From NCBI GenBank assembly GCA_003601605.1, contig PIXZ01000001.1, forward strand, positions 1-58,604: DNA of 58,604 nucleotides, given 5' to 3'. The translations under genes were made by a program, and so were the position numbers. The stretch is from Candidatus Bathyarchaeota archaeon. Lineage in GTDB: Archaea > Thermoproteota > Bathyarchaeia > Bathyarchaeales > Bathycorpusculaceae. The first letter of the stretch is position 1; every line of letters starts with the position of its first letter. Under the pieces are notes generated by a model. It had not been told where the DNA came from and made no database searches. It was given only the letters and a program-made list of their open reading frames with translations. This document shows, piece after piece, positions 1-8,174 of this stretch.

Positions 1-96
1 CACTTTTTTGGATTTTTGAAAAAACGCCCGAAGGGTTCACCTATACCTGACGAGTGTTTGACATGTAGCAGAATGATTGAATGTTTAACACGTTAA
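1..96 (+). CDS. 3' end of an upstream gene (partial, last 31 codons, tail ...DECLTCSRMIECLTR)
   Basis: Frame 1 is open from the window edge to TAA at 94-96. It is too short to assign a family. Confidence 0.3.
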   Translation, partial: HFFGFLKKRPKGSPIPDECLTCSRMIECLTR

Positions 97-157
97 AACC
101 AAAAATTAATACGAAACAGTTTTCTAGGTTATTATCCGCTTTCATAGTGGATAGTAA

Positions 158-894
158 ATGTTTCCCATTAGAGACTTGAATAAACCTTTGAAAACTCCGC
201 ATGTGAATCGTTTGCTCTTAGTGGCAAACATCATTATCTTTGCTGTTTATTGGCTTTCAAGCCAGAATATTTTCTTAAATGAAAAATTTGCAATGGACAT
301 AGAAGAAAAGTTTGTGATGATACCAGAAAGTATATTGCAAGGGAAGCAGCTTTACACCCTTTTCACTTCCATGTTTATGCACGCTGGATGGCTTCATTTG
401 CTAGGCAATATGCTTTACCTCTACATTTTCGGAGATAATGTTGAAGATATTTTCGGACATGCGGGTTACCTAATTTTTTACATGATTTCGGGGCTAGTTG
501 CATCCTTTACACATATAATAAGCATTTTATTTGCTCCTGAAATAGGTAATTTCAAATAGGTAATTTCATAGGTGTCCCTCAAGTATCAGACTTAACAATA
601 GGTGTTGTTGGGGCTTCGGGAGCAATTTCCGGAGTTCTAGGCGCATATATGGTGCTTTATCCGACATCAAGAATTCTTACTCTGATTTTTTATGGATGGA
701 TAATAATAGTGCCCATACCTGCAATTTTCTTTTTAGGCTTTTGGTTTTTGATGCAGTGGCTTCTCGCGTTTTTTGATATAACGGGCGGTGTTGCTTACTG
801 GGCGCATATAGGAGGTTTTATAGCGGGAATAATTCTGGCTTTGGTTTTTGGTTTGAAAAGGAAAAGGGCTAGAGATTCGCGTCTTGGGTTGTAA
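158..894 (+). pseudogene. Rhomboid family intramembrane serine protease, interrupted by a frameshift
   Basis: ORF 158-559 carries the rhomboid N-terminal motifs (FTSMFMHAGWLHLLGNMLYLYIFGDNVED). The frame read from about 571 to 894 carries the catalytic GASGAISGVLGAY and AHIGGFIAG motifs. Deleting one copy of the 14-bp repeat at 541-568 joins the two into one ORF. Confidence 0.85.
541..568. repeat. Exact 14-bp tandem duplication (aataggtaatttca x2) inside the rhomboid gene
   Basis: Read directly: 541-554 is identical to 555-568. The duplication creates the TAG at 557-559 and a +2 frame shift. Confidence 0.95.
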
Positions 895-914
895 CTGATT
901 GTTTTGGAAAATAA

Positions 915-978
915 GGGGTCTGTCCGTCATGAGTTCCTCATCTGCATAAATCAGACTGGGACGGCAACATCATCCCCC
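915..978 (-). ncRNA. Candidate C/D-box-like sRNA (degenerate boxes)
   Basis: The minus strand reads GGGG-AUGAUGU-UGCCGUCCCAGU(12 nt)-CUGA-UUUAUG-CAGAUGA-(15 nt)-CAGA-CCCC. It is intergenic, just downstream of pop5. The C box has 1 mismatch, D' is perfect, C' and D are degenerate, and the second spacer is longer than the usual 12 nt. Confidence 0.3.
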
Positions 979-1022
979 AAGAGATAAAGGGAGAAGATAT
1001 AGAATAAGATTTCTGTATAGCG

Positions 1023-1343
1023 CTATTGTTTTAACTTTTTATACAAACTTTTTATTGTTCCCGAAACGTTTAAAACGTGGATTGCAGTGGGTTTTTCAGC
1101 AATTTTTGTTATTGAGGCTATAGCTGCCCGAACATTTTCAACTGCAATATGCACCACACGTATTACAGCAAACCTTTTTTCACCATTATAGTCAATCAAA
1201 GCCAAACCAGTTTTGCTTGCACCATACTCCCCGTAAAGCTTTAAAACTGCACTCCAAAGCGCGTTCATAAGCTCCTTCGAACTAAAAGTTTCCTCTGAAT
1301 CAATTTCCAAGGCTAGATAGCGTCTGCGCTCTTTTTTCAGCAA
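1023..1343 (-). CDS. rnp2: RNase P protein component 2 (Pop5)
   Basis: Pop5-like pattern RRYLALEI...ALW...LYGEYG...AVIRV.H...VSGTIKSL. It overlaps rnp3 by 7 nt. Confidence 0.85.
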   Translation of the reverse strand: MLKKERRRYLALEIDSEETFSSKELMNALWSAVLKLYGEYGASKTGLALIDYNGEKRFAVIRVVHIAVENVRAAIASITKIAEKPTAIHVLNVSGTIKSLYKKLKQ

Positions 1344-2071
1344 TCTTTTCCTCTCCGGATAACGCGTATTCCTGGGGCAACAAACCTTGGACTAAGCTTT
1401 TCCCTATTTCTTTTAACAATTGCTACAGGATTTTTGGAAACTGCTTCTAGGGCTGCCGTTTCTTTTAGGTCGAAAAGAGAAGCTAGAGCTGCAAGCTCTC
1501 TTGGTTTTCTCATGTGTAATTCGTCTGAAACTCCGCTAGAGACGATTGTTGGCACGCGAAACTTTTGGGCAATTGCCACCTCTTTCCGCAAATTTGACAT
1601 AAGCCTTACCCTCGCGGCTCCTTCAAACATAATTAAAGGTTTTACATCTATTTCAAAGGCGGTTAAGCCGCTAGAAGCCAATTCAGCTTCTGCTTTGTCA
1701 AAGAATCTCCTACGAAAGTTTATGGCTGGAAAGTTTAGTAAATCCACTCGACGGTCTTTTGCCGCTTGTCTTGCCACCTGCTTCGTTTCGCATAACACGG
1801 CGATTATTTCAAATCTTCGTCTGAGTCTTCTTAAGTTGACAATTAGTTCTCTTGGTGTTCGCGGTTTTAAGTCTATACGAGAAGCAAACTCTATGCCTAC
1901 TTCTTCGCAAAGGTTTCTCAGCCACCTAACCTTTTTTTCTGTGAGGCTTAAAGGGACGGGTATGGCTATTAGACGGTATCCAAGGGCAGCGGCTTTTCTT
2001 ATCATACGAGCTGTTTGTCTTTCATTGTTTAAATTTGGGCATAAGTGTAAATCGGCGTAGATTCTTTTCAT
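1337..2071 (-). CDS. rnp3: RNase P protein component 3 (Rpp30, PHP-like fold)
   Basis: N-terminus MKRIYADLHLCP and 244-aa length. The operon context with Pop5 and L15e is the conserved archaeal arrangement. Confidence 0.8.
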   Translation of the reverse strand: MKRIYADLHLCPNLNNERQTARMIRKAAALGYRLIAIPVPLSLTEKKVRWLRNLCEEVGIEFASRIDLKPRTPRELIVNLRRLRRRFEIIAVLCETKQVARQAAKDRRVDLLNFPAINFRRRFFDKAEAELASSGLTAFEIDVKPLIMFEGAARVRLMSNLRKEVAIAQKFRVPTIVSSGVSDELHMRKPRELAALASLFDLKETAALEAVSKNPVAIVKRNREKLSPRFVAPGIRVIRRGKDC

Positions 2072-2517
2072 GGGAGTAACCCGAAGTTTTTGCAGATTTT
2101 CACAATTTCTTCTGGTTTAGATTTCCTGAAATGTATGCGGAAGCGTATAGGGTCTTCTTGATGAAGTTTAATCGAGTTTAGGTAGGCAGACTGCTTGTTA
2201 AGCCTTATGTAAAGATTTCCCCTATCCAAATGTTGTTTGATTTTGTTGCTCAATATTTCTTTGTCTTGAGGGAGTAAGTTGGAGGCTAACTTTTCAAAAA
2301 CTTTGTTTGTTTCGTCTTTTTCTTTAATTTTTGTTTCAAAAAGGATTATAGGATTCCCATAGTGTCCCTTTAGATTGGTTTTTTTGAAAACAATCTTGTC
2401 GATTAGTTCGGTTGGAAGGGTGTTCCGAACTGCCGCTAAAACCTTTTCTAAGTCTTCGGTTGCGTGGGCAAAGACTCGTATGTCAATGTAGGCTATTGAG
2501 CTTTTAGAAGAGGACAA
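2068..2517 (-). CDS. DUF54/COG1325-type RNA-binding protein ('predicted exosome subunit')
   Basis: IDIRVFAHATED start and about 150-aa size. Its position between L13e/L15e and Rpp30 matches the archaeal superoperon. It has a 4-nt ATGA overlap with rnp3. Confidence 0.6.
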   Translation of the reverse strand: MSSSKSSIAYIDIRVFAHATEDLEKVLAAVRNTLPTELIDKIVFKKTNLKGHYGNPIILFETKIKEKDETNKVFEKLASNLLPQDKEILSNKIKQHLDRGNLYIRLNKQSAYLNSIKLHQEDPIRFRIHFRKSKPEEIVKICKNFGLLP

Positions 2518-2549
2518 AACAGCATCACACGATTAAATTTAATATTCTT

Positions 2550-2789
2550 TCAGCTTTTAGGTTTTCTTCTCTTCTTGCCAGTTGATACTGGTTTTTTGCC
2601 TTCCAAGAATTCTTTAATCGCTGCAACATTCTCTTTATATGCAGTTTTCCTTCTCAAATCTATTGGAATTTTAAGTTTTAAAGCTTCTTTTAAGCTTAAG
2701 CCAGCTTCTCTAACCTCTCCCCTACTAAAACCTCTTCCGTAACGCTGCTTTCCACCTTTTCTAAAGACAAGAGGTTTGACGCTTGTCAT
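2550..2789 (-). CDS. rpl13e: Ribosomal protein L13e
   Basis: 79 aa, with GRGFSRGEVREAGLSLKEALKLKIPIDLRRKT matching the L13e core motif. Confidence 0.75.
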   Translation of the reverse strand: MTSVKPLVFRKGGKQRYGRGFSRGEVREAGLSLKEALKLKIPIDLRRKTAYKENVAAIKEFLEGKKPVSTGKKRRKPKS

Positions 2790-2794
2790 GTTTG

Positions 2795-3373
2795 TTAGTT
2801 TTCTCCTCTAGCTGCTTTTTTACTTGGTCTAGCTTTCTCTGCCCCTCGCCCCTTGTTCCTTAAACCTCTAACTTTTTTGCCAGCGCTCGTTAAACCTCTA
2901 AAAACTCTTCTATGGTGTTGATTTTCACATATCCAATTAACGTCTTTATCCGCCTTTATTGCTGGATGATTTGGGTCAACCATCACAACTTCAAACCATT
3001 TGGAGCGCCCGTCTTCGCCAACCCAGTAAGAGTTCAAAACCTCTAGGTTTGGAAACTTTCGCGCTGCTCTTTCTTCAGCTATGAGTCTCAGACTTTTTGC
3101 AGGCTTAAACTTTTTAACACCCATTCTTTTTGGTCTTCTGCCGGCTCTTGGCCGTTGTTTTCTTAAGCCTCCACGTCTAACGCGAACCCGAACCATGATA
3201 AAACCTTGTTTTGCCTTATACCCCAACTTTCTTGCTCTGTCAATTCTTGTGGGTTTTTCTATTCGAACTATGGCGGGCTGTCTACGCCACCGAATCAGTC
3301 TTTGCCGCATTAACTCGTCTACGTAGGATTTCTCGGGTTTTGACCAAGCTTCAGCTATATATTTATATGCCAT
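2795..3373 (-). CDS. rpl15e: Ribosomal protein L15e
   Basis: [10 protein letters not shown]...[19 protein letters not shown]...[19 protein letters not shown] is unmistakably L15e. GGTGA lies 6 nt upstream of the ATG. Confidence 0.95.
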   Translation of the reverse strand: MAYKYIAEAWSKPEKSYVDELMRQRLIRWRRQPAIVRIEKPTRIDRARKLGYKAKQGFIMVRVRVRRGGLRKQRPRAGRRPKRMGVKKFKPAKSLRLIAEERAARKFPNLEVLNSYWVGEDGRSKWFEVVMVDPNHPAIKADKDVNWICENQHHRRVFRGLTSAGKKVRGLRNKGRGAEKARPSKKAARGEN

Positions 3374-3497
3374 TTTTTCACCTCACTTCTAGTTTACGGT
3401 TCAGCCTTAAGAGGCTACATCCCAGCGGATTTTATCCGCCATTGGCTTTGATTCATAGCAACATGCAACAAAATAAACTTTTCCAGAGCCATTTACC

Positions 3498-4169
3498 TTA
3501 TTTGTTTTCAAGCTTTGCTTCTCGAATAAGGAAATAGCCGCTTTGATTTTTCCAAATCTTTTCTGCCTCAACAACCTTTATCCTCTTATTAAAGAAAACT
3601 GCATCCAAAACCAGTGTCTCGTATTCTCCTCCTTCACCAACTAGAGAAATTCCATAACGTTTGTTAAGTTCCATTAAATCTTTAACAGCGCTTCTGTCAA
3701 TTTTTCTTCCAAGCCATTCTTGGCTGAAGCCATAGGCGTAAACTCCTGTAATGATAGTCTCAAATTTTAAGGCTAAAATTTCTTCTAGCAATTTTGTTGG
3801 GCTTTCCTGCCAAAGGGGACAAATACACTTTAGACCTAAATCTTTGCAAATTTTCTCTATTCGCGATTTTTGATAATTGGAGGCAACTGCTCCAGAAACT
3901 ATGCCTTCAATGTTAAGTTTTCCAATTAAATGTTTGAGGTCTTCAATTTCTTTCTCTTTCTTTCCAGAAGTTTCAGCTTTAACTAGCGGAATATCCACAG
4001 CTTCTGCAACCAAATCCATCAAACGGATGTTTGGATAATGAAACATCCAACTGTCGTCTCTTAGAGGAATCATGCTCACTAAACATGCCACGTTGTAACC
4101 TTCAGTTAAAACTCTGTAAAGCGCTAGGGTTGAATCTTTTCCTCCTGTTGCTAAAACTGCTACATGCAC
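3498..4169 (-). CDS. Diphthine-ammonia ligase-like ATP pyrophosphatase (MJ0570/DUF71 family)
   Basis: N-terminal PP-loop VAVLATGGKDS, about 220 aa, family-typical GVYAYG and GEGGEYETLVLD motifs. Confidence 0.75.
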   Translation of the reverse strand: MHVAVLATGGKDSTLALYRVLTEGYNVACLVSMIPLRDDSWMFHYPNIRLMDLVAEAVDIPLVKAETSGKKEKEIEDLKHLIGKLNIEGIVSGAVASNYQKSRIEKICKDLGLKCICPLWQESPTKLLEEILALKFETIITGVYAYGFSQEWLGRKIDRSAVKDLMELNKRYGISLVGEGGEYETLVLDAVFFNKRIKVVEAEKIWKNQSGYFLIREAKLENK

Positions 4170-4174
4170 GAACT

Positions 4175-5554
4175 TTACACTTCTAGACTTTTGCTACTCA
4201 TAACTTTTGATTTTGCTTTCTTGAATAAAGTTTCCGTTTCTATTTGCCATTTCTTAAACTCTTCAATGGTTTTAGGATAGTTTTGATAGTGGGTCTTAAC
4301 CTCTCTCATAAAATTGACAGTTAATCTAAGCCTGTTTAAGAAACGAATCCTCTTTAGTCCTCTGAAAACTCGTTTAGCGGTTTCAGTTATCTTTAAGCGG
4401 AAATCTTTTCCTAAACCAGCCTTTAAAACATCTTCTTCTGTCATAAGTTTGTATTTCATTCCATAACTTAAGTCTTCGTTGCGGCTATTTAGAAGCAACA
4501 AACGAAAAACGTCAAGTGCAGCTTGTTTCACACCATACATTTCCATGTATCTAACATTGTAAGGCCATAAGGATTTTTGACTTACATCACCCTTCTCTAA
4601 GGCTTCTATCACCGTTTTTCCAGCAAGATAACCGCTTAACATTGAAGGCCCTATCCCGCCACCATGAATTGGATTCACAAGACATGCTGCATCACCCAGA
4701 ATTGCTACGCCATTTCCAACCATGTTGTCTAAAGGTCTACGGGTAGGGTCGTACCACGCCCCACCACTAAGCAGAAGAGAACCTTGGAAAAGGGGTTTTT
4801 TCAGAATATGCTCATAAAACTGTTTTTTAGGGTTCGGAAAAGCGCCCCCCATACACACCCCCAAGCCAGCGTTGACTCTTGCCCCTCCTTTCGGAAAAAT
4901 CCATGTGTAGCCTCCGGGCGTTACCTTTTGGTCTAAATAGATTTCGCAATAGTTTGTCTCGTTGCCCTCTTGTTTAAGCTGCCTTATCTCACGGTAGCAT
5001 GCTTCTATATCTTCATTTGAGATTTCCCTTTGTATCATCATATCGTCTGGAAGCTTACGCCTAATCACAGCTAAAAATCCACTTGCATCCAAAACCATTT
5101 TGGCTTTTAACTGAAACTTTTCATTTTTTTCTTGGTTTTTAACTGAAACACCAGTTACAAATCCTTTCTCAATTATCGGTGATAAGCATAATGTAGAATC
5201 GTATAAAACTGCGCCTTTGTCAAGAGCCTTTCTCAAAAGCCACTGTCCGAAAAGGCGTCTATTCAATAAATAGCCGACAAAATCTTCATGAGCAATAACG
5301 AAAACTGTTTCCAAATCCGGAGAATAAATCTTAATGCCTTCAATTCTTTTTTCCAATTCGCCGCCTTGAGGCTTTTCTAGACCCAAAGTTTTTAAGTGAT
5401 GTTCTCCAAGGGCGTCTCCACAAATTTTTTCCCCTATTTCTTCTTTTCTTTTCCTTTCGATAAGGCATACTTTTAAGCCTGCTTCAGCTGTTGTTTTTGC
5501 GGCTAGGCATCCAGCGGTTCCAGCTCCGACGACCACAACATCGAATTTTTCCAA
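4175..5554 (-). CDS. Geranylgeranyl reductase family flavoprotein (digeranylgeranylglycerophospholipid reductase-like)
   Basis: FAD-binding fingerprint DVVVVGAGTAGCLAA, with later LGDAACLVNPIHGGGI. Confidence 0.8.
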   Translation of the reverse strand: MEKFDVVVVGAGTAGCLAAKTTAEAGLKVCLIERKRKEEIGEKICGDALGEHHLKTLGLEKPQGGELEKRIEGIKIYSPDLETVFVIAHEDFVGYLLNRRLFGQWLLRKALDKGAVLYDSTLCLSPIIEKGFVTGVSVKNQEKNEKFQLKAKMVLDASGFLAVIRRKLPDDMMIQREISNEDIEACYREIRQLKQEGNETNYCEIYLDQKVTPGGYTWIFPKGGARVNAGLGVCMGGAFPNPKKQFYEHILKKPLFQGSLLLSGGAWYDPTRRPLDNMVGNGVAILGDAACLVNPIHGGGIGPSMLSGYLAGKTVIEALEKGDVSQKSLWPYNVRYMEMYGVKQAALDVFRLLLLNSRNEDLSYGMKYKLMTEEDVLKAGLGKDFRLKITETAKRVFRGLKRIRFLNRLRLTVNFMREVKTHYQNYPKTIEEFKKWQIETETLFKKAKSKVMSSKSLEV

Positions 5555-5615
5555 TTTTTAAACCTCTGTTGTTAAAGCTTTAGTTTTTACTTCAATCAGT
5601 TATAATTCATAACTT

Positions 5616-6122
5616 TTACTGAATTCTCTTCAAAAATTCTTTGTTCACAGGCAAAACTATTTCCGTCGTTTCTTTTTGTGTGGCGAAAACCATGCAAGTT
5701 AATGTTTTTTCTATTCCTTTAACTGTTCTCAGCTTGTCTATCACAAATTTTCCAATGGCATTAACATCTTTTTCTTTAACTTTAACTAGAATATCCCAGT
5801 CTCCGGAAATTATATGAACTTCCTGGACTTCTGGAAACTTGGCAATTTGTTCTGCAATAACTCTTTGAGAAAGAAAAGTTTCTCCATCCCTATAAGAAAA
5901 AGACGCTAAAACAAAAGCTGTTGCTCCAGCATCCAATTTTTTCGAATCAAGAACAGCCCTATAGTCTTTTATTATTTTTTGCTTTTCCATACGTTTTATC
6001 TTTGCGAAAACTGTTGTTATTGGAGAACCGATTGTTTTAGCGATTTCCCTAGCAGTCATTCTACAGTTTTTCTGTAACAAGTATAATATTGCAAGGTCTT
6101 TTTCATCTAACTTCGCTGACAT
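5616..6122 (-). CDS. Lrp/AsnC family transcriptional regulator
   Basis: LDEKDLAILYLLQKNCRMTAREIAKTIGSPITTVFAKIKRMEK (HTH) followed by a RAM/ACT-like C-terminal half. Confidence 0.85.
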   Translation of the reverse strand: MSAKLDEKDLAILYLLQKNCRMTAREIAKTIGSPITTVFAKIKRMEKQKIIKDYRAVLDSKKLDAGATAFVLASFSYRDGETFLSQRVIAEQIAKFPEVQEVHIISGDWDILVKVKEKDVNAIGKFVIDKLRTVKGIEKTLTCMVFATQKETTEIVLPVNKEFLKRIQ

Positions 6123-6260
6123 ATGTAAATTTTATACAATTGATGCTTAACCCGCTCTGATCAGCTGTATTTTTACTTATAATATTGACTGGAAATTCAT
6201 AATTGTTAATTATATTTTTGGCAAACCATGGAATCAAAATGCGATAAAAGGTGTAACTAA

Positions 6261-6509
6261 ATGATGAAAAAAGCAACCGCAAAGAAAAGCTTGATATACA
6301 CAGTAGATTTGACAAAAATTGACGGGGACGGAGCTTTCCCCTGCCCGAAATGTGGAGTTATAATATCACCAGACGACGAAACAGAGGAAATTTACCAGAT
6401 TATAGATACAAGAACCAAGAATAATGAGTTGATAGAACTGGTGCTGCTTTGCAAAAAGTGTGGAAGTAAAATTAAACTTGTAGGCTTTATACCGCAGCCA
6501 GAAAGTTGA
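6261..6509 (+). CDS. Small zinc-ribbon protein
   Basis: CPKC...CKKC pair, 82 aa. The surrounding intergenic context is compatible with an independent gene. Confidence 0.55.
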   Translation: MMKKATAKKSLIYTVDLTKIDGDGAFPCPKCGVIISPDDETEEIYQIIDTRTKNNELIELVLLCKKCGSKIKLVGFIPQPES

Positions 6510-6530
6510 GTTCCGAGACATGTGATAAAA

Positions 6531-6755
6531 CTATTTTTGTTGTTCTAGCCTTTTACTGATAAGAGTGAAAACTAGCCATAAAATCGCTCCATAAAAAACT
6601 CCGTTAAAAACAGCACTCAAATATTCAGCATAATCCACTGCAGCTTCTCCAATTAACGTACAGAAAAAGTTTCCAGGAAACATGGGAGAAGGGATAAGCA
6701 GAGAGGCGACTGTGAACATGGAGAAGAAAACAACGAGTATTAGGACACCTCTCAT
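6531..6755 (-). CDS. Small two-TM membrane protein (hypothetical)
   Basis: 74 aa with two hydrophobic helices. A palindrome plus an A-rich box lie directly upstream, so the transcript may be leaderless. Confidence 0.5.
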   Translation of the reverse strand: MRGVLILVVFFSMFTVASLLIPSPMFPGNFFCTLIGEAAVDYAEYLSAVFNGVFYGAILWLVFTLISKRLEQQK

Positions 6756-6787
6756 TACATGATTCCCGTATTGATTCTTTTTTTGAA

Positions 6788-6800
6788 TTCGGATTCAGAA
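6788..6800. promoter_or_regulatory. Palindromic motif copy a: TTCGGATTCAGAA
   Basis: Matches TTCNGAWTCNGAA. It is intergenic, 33-45 nt upstream of the ATG at 6755 (minus strand). Confidence 0.45.
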
Positions 6801-6871
6801 TATATAGAGTATCGCAATATTTAATAAATGTTATTGTCTACTTGACGACCACAAATACAAACAAGCATTTT

Positions 6872-7963
6872 TCAGAGAAGAAGATACAAAGAGGGGGGTG
6901 TGCATAAGATAAAGATCCCTATTAAAACAATACTTACAAGTTTTCTACTTTTAGATAAGCTGGATACATCGTCCAAGGGACCTGGATGCTTGTACATGCT
7001 CATAAACAGAACTAAAATTGCCATCACATAAACTCGTAGAACAATTAAATAAAAAACAGATAACATTGCTAGCACAAATCTGTATTTTTCTCCTCCCAAG
7101 GCTCTTGCTATGTGCCCACCATCGAGCATACCTGCTGGCAACAAATTAAGCATCGTCACCACTATTCCAACCCATCCTGCAAAGGCTATGGGATGCAAGA
7201 GCAGCATTCCGCCTGGTGGTGGTTTTGGAATCATGTTCAAGGCTTCAAGTGCATGCTCTATGATAATCCAGAGCAGAGGAGCACCAATTACTCCCGCTGG
7301 AACTTGTGGAGAAGGCACCGTCATTGTTAAACCTACTGTACTAATTATGAATGCAACTATAAATCCCGAAATCGGGCCATCTGCTCCAATATCAAATAGA
7401 GCGTCCCTATTTGGAGGTAGCGACTTTTGCATTATTACTGCACCAAAAGTTCCTAAAGGAGGAGGACCTGGAATAAAATAAGGAAGAGTCGCGTCAACTT
7501 CGTTTTTGTTCGCTGTTAGCTTGTGTCCCATTTCATGTGTGCCTAAAACTGCTAGCATAGCTATTGTAAAGGAAAACCCGCCAACATAAGGGTTGATAAC
7601 TTCCGGAGACACCAAGTACCCTGCTAAGAAAGTGGTAAATATTGTTGCTAAAAGTAGTAACAAGTTAACTGCAGTGTTACTAGGTTTTATCGGAGGCTTC
7701 GGAACAACTTTTAATATCACTTTTCCATTTTCTTTACGAAGGAAGGCAATAAGGTTCATGTTTTTAAGATTTTTAAGCAGTCGAAGAAATGGTTGTTTTG
7801 TTTCCTGTGGTTGTTTTAGATAGTATGTGGGAATATTATGTTCCAGTAATGTTTCTTCCAATTGAAATTCTGCACTAACTAGCTTAGTTATTTTTTCGAA
7901 ATCCTCTTGTGTGAACAGTGCTTTTGTTGTTTCGTTGGGTATTTCGCTCATTTGCCTCTTCAC
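6872..7963 (-). CDS. Site-2 protease family (M50) intramembrane metalloprotease
   Basis: HEMGH in a TM helix, LNLLPAGMLDGGH second motif, polytopic. Confidence 0.85.
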   Translation of the reverse strand: MKRQMSEIPNETTKALFTQEDFEKITKLVSAEFQLEETLLEHNIPTYYLKQPQETKQPFLRLLKNLKNMNLIAFLRKENGKVILKVVPKPPIKPSNTAVNLLLLLATIFTTFLAGYLVSPEVINPYVGGFSFTIAMLAVLGTHEMGHKLTANKNEVDATLPYFIPGPPPLGTFGAVIMQKSLPPNRDALFDIGADGPISGFIVAFIISTVGLTMTVPSPQVPAGVIGAPLLWIIIEHALEALNMIPKPPPGGMLLLHPIAFAGWVGIVVTMLNLLPAGMLDGGHIARALGGEKYRFVLAMLSVFYLIVLRVYVMAILVLFMSMYKHPGPLDDVSSLSKSRKLVSIVLIGIFILCTPPSLYLLL

Positions 7964-8027
7964 TTTTGTTTATGGTTGTTATAGAGAAGTGCAAGTAGAA
8001 AAGTTTATTGGATTTTGTTTCCTCATG

Positions 8028-8064
8028 TTCGGAATCTGAACTACTAAAAACTTTTTAATAATCG
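8028..8064 (+). promoter_or_regulatory. Palindromic motif copy b (TTCGGAATCTGAA) plus conserved TATA module
   Basis: The 37 nt ttcggaatctgaactactaaaaactttttaataatcg match 31/37 positions with the reverse complement of 13772-13808. The module lies upstream of the GT4 pair. Confidence 0.5.
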
Positions 8065-8174
8065 TTGAAAGACAAAACTCTCCGCAGAACCAAAAAAGAC
8101 ACAAAAATAGCAAAACAATGGCGACAACAAAATTCAGTAACATGATTAAAAACTAAAATAAAGGATGGAAATCC

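Noticed and set aside
733-930. 65-aa minus-strand ORF spanning the rhomboid 3' end and the intergenic region
   Set aside because: It overlaps the conserved rhomboid C-terminal coding region in antisense. Its basic, low-complexity sequence is better explained as non-coding, and part of it is the sRNA-like candidate.
1434-2060. 208-aa ORF on the plus strand
   Set aside because: It is entirely antisense to the well-supported Rpp30 gene. It has a low-complexity Ser/Ala/Leu-rich translation with no motifs, a typical shadow ORF.
8118-8156. 12-codon uORF (MATTKFSNMIKN) in the putative leader of the GT4 operon
   Set aside because: It has no SD and no conservation evidence, and could easily be chance in an A-rich leader. 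It is mentioned under the promoter-module finding only.
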